Virus record (IMG/VR): IMGVR_UViG_3300031787_000058
Direction: 5' to 3' (one strand)
Length of the DNA: 20,000 nucleotides
DNA from: an uncultured virus (IMG/VR IMGVR_UViG_3300031787_000058)
Lineage: Duplodnaviria; Heunggongvirae; Uroviricota; Caudoviricetes
The notes beneath the pieces were generated by a model that saw only the letters and a list, made by a program, of their open reading frames with translations, was not told the origin of the DNA and ran no database searches. The position numbers were made by a program, and so were the translations under genes. Positions 16,612 to 20,000 of this stretch are shown here, in pieces; within the stretch, counting starts at the first letter, position 1, and every line of letters starts with the position of its first letter.

Positions 16612-16841
16612 GACTTCACCTTCTGTGTAACTGTGATGCCAAGCTCCTTTCGGCGCTTTGCTGTTTGCTTGTCGTCTCGGGATGCGCGCCACTCGAGGTG
16701 GCCGTCCACCAGGCGCATTTCTTCTTTGTGGACTAGAGCGCAATCGCAGCACTCTGTATGCGTGTATCCGCGAACGCGGTACCACTTGCCGTCTTCAACC
16801 TGAACTGGAACGTACTTGTCTGGCTTTTTGCTTCGTGCCAC
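16608..16841 (-). CDS. Small basic protein with CCDC..xH putative Zn-binding motif
   Basis: 77 aa with GAGGAAG SD and GTG start, containing TECCDCALVH. Its stop overlaps the phosphoesterase ATG. Confidence 0.75.
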   Translation of the reverse strand: MARSKKPDKYVPVQVEDGKWYRVRGYTHTECCDCALVHKEEMRLVDGHLEWRASRDDKQTAKRRKELGITVTQKVKS

Positions 16842-16861
16842 AACACTTCCTCGCTTGCTGC

Positions 16862-17368
16862 TTAGAGATCGGCCGACAGCAGAAGCAGCAGGATTCGCCT
16901 GCGCTCTTCGGCTGCCGCGAGAGCCGCCTTCTCGGCGTACTTCTCGAAATCTTTGGCGAATGCTTCTTTGAAGTTCGGCATCTCGGCCAGCATTGGCCGA
17001 AACATCGGAACCTCGATGTCGCGGTCTGCCGTGCGCACCACGAACTTGCGCGCGAGCCTGCGCTCCTGGCGCTCGAGCTCATCGTCGGATTCGGGTTCTG
17101 GCGCGCGGGCGGCCGCCTCGAGGAGGGCGACCAGGCGCGGATCGAACGGGTCGTATTCCTTGCCGCGGATTACGACCTTGGCCAGGCGCTCGCGCACCCG
17201 GCCTGGGTCGTAGGCGCGATCGTCGGAGTAGCGGCTGGTGATCGACGGGCCGTCGCCTTGGGCGGGACGGGCGTCCACAATGACAAGGGGCGCGAAACCC
17301 TGCAGGGCTACAAACCGCGCACCAAACCCGATGCCCTGTACTGCTATGGCCCGAGTGGACAAATTCAT
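16862..17368 (-). CDS. Hypothetical protein ending in EERRRILLLLL motif
   Basis: 168 aa, ATGA overlap with the repeat-protein gene. N-terminal duplicated (I/V)A(V/L)QG(I/F) motif and a charged helical C-terminus. Confidence 0.75.
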   Translation of the reverse strand: MNLSTRAIAVQGIGFGARFVALQGFAPLVIVDARPAQGDGPSITSRYSDDRAYDPGRVRERLAKVVIRGKEYDPFDPRLVALLEAAARAPEPESDDELERQERRLARKFVVRTADRDIEVPMFRPMLAEMPNFKEAFAKDFEKYAEKAALAAAEERRRILLLLLSADL

Positions 17369-18597
17369 TGCCGGGCTACCGTAGTCGAGTCGCCAGACGA
17401 AGTAAAGGTCTGGACGATCGACCCCGCCGTTCTGCCGGCGTTGGTCGCGGTCATCGGCACGGTCAGTCCGTGCAGCGCGGCCAGTTCCTCGATCATCGTG
17501 CCGATGTCACCGAAGAACGTGTCGTTGCCGCCCGTCGTTGTGATCGTCGTCGAAGATCCGCTGTCCGTGATGGACTGCTCCACGTCGCCAGCGACGCGCG
17601 AGTTCTGGCTGACCGTGAGCGGCGCCGACAGTCCGTGGAGCGCGTGCAGCTTGCGCAACAAGAGCGCCTGCTCGATGGTCAGGGAAAGCGTCGGGACGAC
17701 AAGGGTGCCTGTTGATGCCGCCGAATCGGCGCCCGCTTCGGATGCCGACGCCGATCCGCGGACTGGGACGCGGCCGATCGCATCGAACAGGTCTGCGCCC
17801 GTTTCGCTCGTTGCGAATGAGCCTCGGACCAGAACCTTGCCCGGGATAGCCGCCTGGTCGGCGCCTTCCACAATGACGATGTTGCCGGCGATGAGCACCC
17901 GGCCAGTGCCCGCGGCGGTGTCGGCTGGCTCGTTGGCGGCCAACTGGCCGACGTACTTGGGTGCGCCTGTCGCGGCAAACGTGTCGGCGCCGGTCTCGGC
18001 TGCCGCCAGGGCGCCTTTGACGAGTACCCGACCCGTTGCGGTCAGGGCGTCATTGCTTTCGGTCGCGGCGAGCGTGCCGCGGTAGGACGGCGCTCCCGTT
18101 GCGGCGAACGAGTCCTGGGCCTGTTCAACAACGATAAACGTGCCGGTGACGGCCGCACCACCAGAGGCGGCGAACGTGTCGCTGACCTCGGTCGCGGCGA
18201 TCGAGCCGCGGATCGCCACACGACCCGCTGCAGCCGCGGCGTCACTCGAGCCTTCGGAAGCGCCAAGCGTGCCGCGGACAAGCAGTCTGCCCGTCGCCGC
18301 AAAGCCGTCGGCACCGACTTCGGTTGCGGCCAGAGTGCCGGAAACACCGAAGATCGTGATGCCAGAGCCGGCAAAGATGTCGGCGCCTTCGACAGCCGCA
18401 AACGTGCCCGAGCGCGGGCCCGCGGTGTTGCCGTCGTCGAGAAGGTGCTGCGCGGCCGTGCCCGATGCCAGCGACGACCTCGAGACAAGGATCTGCCCGG
18501 CTGTGGCGCCGGACAGTTTGATCTCGAGCAGGTGTTCTGCTGCGGTCCCGCTTGGCAGGCCGGACAGGAGAACTAGCCGCTGGCCTGACGTGCTCAT
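17365..18597 (-). CDS. Repeat-rich putative virion fibre/filament protein
   Basis: 410 aa with a duplicated N-terminal motif (SGTAAxHLL x2), 11 central repeats and a duplicated C-terminal domain (ALHGL..P.T....R.AG...Q....SG.STT x2). Confidence 0.8.
   Translation of the reverse strand: MSTSGQRLVLLSGLPSGTAAEHLLEIKLSGATAGQILVSRSSLASGTAAQHLLDDGNTAGPRSGTFAAVEGADIFAGSGITIFGVSGTLAATEVGADGFAATGRLLVRGTLGASEGSSDAAAAAGRVAIRGSIAATEVSDTFAASGGAAVTGTFIVVEQAQDSFAATGAPSYRGTLAATESNDALTATGRVLVKGALAAAETGADTFAATGAPKYVGQLAANEPADTAAGTGRVLIAGNIVIVEGADQAAIPGKVLVRGSFATSETGADLFDAIGRVPVRGSASASEAGADSAASTGTLVVPTLSLTIEQALLLRKLHALHGLSAPLTVSQNSRVAGDVEQSITDSGSSTTITTTGGNDTFFGDIGTMIEELAALHGLTVPMTATNAGRTAGSIVQTFTSSGDSTTVARQ
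17695..18408 (-). repeat. Eleven 21-23-aa repeats GxhAAxE(x)xxDxxAAxGxhhhx
   Basis: Repeat-initial Gly at residues 64, 87, 109, 131, 152, 174, 195, 217, 238, 259 and 281 of the 410-aa protein. Confidence 0.9.
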
Positions 18598-18606
18598 GTG
18601 CGGCTC

Positions 18607-19026
18607 TTAGGGAAGCGTCTTATTCCACACCGCGTCTGCGATCTGGTTGGCCGTGGCTTGTGCCGTGTTGACCACGATCGTTGCCGAGATAAGGCCGAAC
18701 ATGGCGCCTTGGCCAGACACCACGGCGCCTGCCGTGATGGCGGCCGCGATGTTCTGCTGCGTCTGCACGGCGGCACCTGACGCGGAAAGCGTCGCGCTAC
18801 CCTCCGAGATATTGCGGCTGCTCATGCCTCCCGCCTTGGGAGGCAGGCTCCACGAGCCACCGGCCAGGTTTCCGACCGGCAGCCCGCTGGTAGGCAGAAT
18901 CCCACCCTGGCCCGCCCACTGATTGCGCAGGGACGTGCGTCCGAACATTGTCCGGTCTTGCGCGTTACCCCCGCCGATCATCCGGCGAGGGTATTGCGCA
19001 TTGTTGGTGAGATTCTGCTTGAGCAT
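18607..19026 (-). CDS. Hypothetical virion-type protein with C-terminal IADAVW motif
   Basis: 139 aa, tightly packed between its neighbours. WSLPPKAGGMSS motif, Ala/Gly-alternating strands, QIADAVW end. Confidence 0.75.
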   Translation of the reverse strand: MLKQNLTNNAQYPRRMIGGGNAQDRTMFGRTSLRNQWAGQGGILPTSGLPVGNLAGGSWSLPPKAGGMSSRNISEGSATLSASGAAVQTQQNIAAAITAGAVVSGQGAMFGLISATIVVNTAQATANQIADAVWNKTLP

Positions 19027-19029
19027 GGA

Positions 19030-19935
19030 TCAGCCCCAACCGAACTCGAGCGAGCCGTAGAAGTTGGTCGAAGCGCCAGTGGCAGCGCCAGCAAAGTACA
19101 GCCAGTTGAGCGCGGCACCGTCGCGGATCTGCGGCATGCTCGGCAGCTGGTTCACGAGATCACGCTCGGCAGCGACCGAGACGGTCGTGAGCGGGATGAA
19201 CGCCAGCGGCTTGCAGATCACGAGGGCAGCAAGAATGTTGGTGCCGGTGTGCGCCGTTGTGAACTGGACCGTCTGCACCGAGCGAATGCCGGCATCGCCG
19301 CCAGCCAGCGGCAGGAACGGGCCGTAGTTGTTGGCAGCCACGCCAGAGTGAGCGATCTTTGGAATGATCGTCAGCGCCGCAGAACCCGCCGAGAAGTTCG
19401 TAACCGCGCCAAGCGAGCGGCCCGTGTCCGTGCCGCCCGTGTCCTCGCGCGTGTAACTCATCGTCAGCACCGGAGTCGCTGCCGGTGTGCCTGAGACTGT
19501 CGTGTACGGCATAAATGCGCGCAGGCCCTTGCCGTCGGTGTACCGCGTCAGCGCGTTGGTGTTGACAAGCGTCTGCGCGGTCGTGACGCGGGTATCAATG
19601 CCCGGGTAATACAAGCAGTAATCAACAAGCATCAGCGCGCTTGGCACGCCCGTCGCCACCGCGGTCATGGCTGCCATGTTGAGCAGATGCTTCGTGTCGC
19701 TTGACACGTTGCCGCCGTGGTACAGCGTCCAGCCGAGCGTTTCGTCCGGCACTTGCGCATTGAGCGCGGTGCCCGAGTACGTGTTGGCAACCGGCAAGCC
19801 GGCGATCTGGGAAAGGTCGTACCAGTGGCCTGCCGTGTAGGCGGCGGCACCGGTCGTCTTCATCCAGTCGGCTCGATAGAACTTGCCGTTGTTTGTGATC
19901 TCGTTAACGAGATCGTCCATACTGCTAAAGCCCAT
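19030..19935 (-). CDS. Hypothetical beta-rich virion-type protein
   Basis: 301 aa with GGAG SD. LMLVDYCLYYPGID, GPFLPLAGGDAGIRSVQTV, ALVICKPLA and PQIRDGAALNWL, ending GSLEFGWG. Confidence 0.8.
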   Translation of the reverse strand: MGFSSMDDLVNEITNNGKFYRADWMKTTGAAAYTAGHWYDLSQIAGLPVANTYSGTALNAQVPDETLGWTLYHGGNVSSDTKHLLNMAAMTAVATGVPSALMLVDYCLYYPGIDTRVTTAQTLVNTNALTRYTDGKGLRAFMPYTTVSGTPAATPVLTMSYTREDTGGTDTGRSLGAVTNFSAGSAALTIIPKIAHSGVAANNYGPFLPLAGGDAGIRSVQTVQFTTAHTGTNILAALVICKPLAFIPLTTVSVAAERDLVNQLPSMPQIRDGAALNWLYFAGAATGASTNFYGSLEFGWG

Positions 19936-19938
19936 GTT

Positions 19939-20000
19939 TCATCTCCATGTGAATTCCAATGCTGCACGCAGCGGGATCGCCGTACCGCCTTGCCCCGTGT
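19939..20000 (-). CDS. C-terminus of an upstream gene (partial), possible paralogue of the 301-aa gene
   Basis: Open frame ...TGQGGTAIPLRAALEFTWR* with TGA at 19941-19939, 3 nt before the next ATG. It has the same LEFxW(x)-stop ending as the 301-aa protein. Confidence 0.6.
   Translation of the reverse strand, partial: TGQGGTAIPLRAALEFTWR

Larger units (their letters stand above)
1..20000 (-). mobile_element. Tailed phage/prophage morphogenesis region (podovirus-type, 933W/Stx-phage-like head and tail gene set)
   Basis: Contiguous co-oriented scaffold, major capsid, decoration, adaptor, fibre and nozzle genes. No host genes or att/integrase in the window, so free phage versus prophage cannot be decided. 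Confidence 0.95.

Noticed and set aside
16612..16785. 58-aa N-terminal extension of the phosphoesterase in the ORF track
   Set aside because: It overlaps the credible 77-aa gene in another frame. The ATGA-coupled start at 16611 is far more plausible.
16862..16900. ILLLLL C-terminus as a holin or membrane anchor
   Set aside because: The hydrophobic run is too short for a transmembrane helix, and no endolysin or spanin lies nearby.
17695..18408. ~65-nt periodicity as a CRISPR-like array
   Set aside because: The periodicity is at protein level inside an ORF. There are no identical DNA repeats with unique spacers.

Overview
The whole 20-kb window is one GC-rich tailed-phage (or prophage) late/morphogenesis region. 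All credible genes lie on the minus strand and are tightly packed, often with overlapping stop/start codons. In transcription order (right to left) it contains: (1) an uncharacterised four-to-five-gene virion-appendage-like module: a partial gene and a 301-aa gene ending in the same LEFxW motif, a 139-aa gene, a 410-aa protein with 11 regular 21-23-aa repeats, and a 168-aa gene; (2) a coupled three-gene non-structural cassette: a CxxC mini-protein, a double-HTH calcineurin-like metallophosphoesterase with atypical motifs, and a DUF3310/SaV-like protein; (3) head genes: scaffold, N4-gp56/DUF4043-type major capsid protein and decoration protein; (4) head-tail adaptors of the 933W/Stx-phage podovirus type; (5) a three-gene fibre module: a 131-aa subunit, an Ala-rich ~21-aa-periodic protein and a 92-aa protein; (6) a 1691-aa mosaic tail fibre punctuated by 8 copies of a GNYxSYALPLSGGT linker and ending in an S74 intramolecular chaperone, followed by a tip-adhesin-like gene; (7) two small ORFs, the tail nozzle and the start of a tail-tip/spike gene. 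No portal, terminase, lysis, integrase, host, RNA or CRISPR genes are visible. Family assignments come from motif recognition and memory, not from searches.
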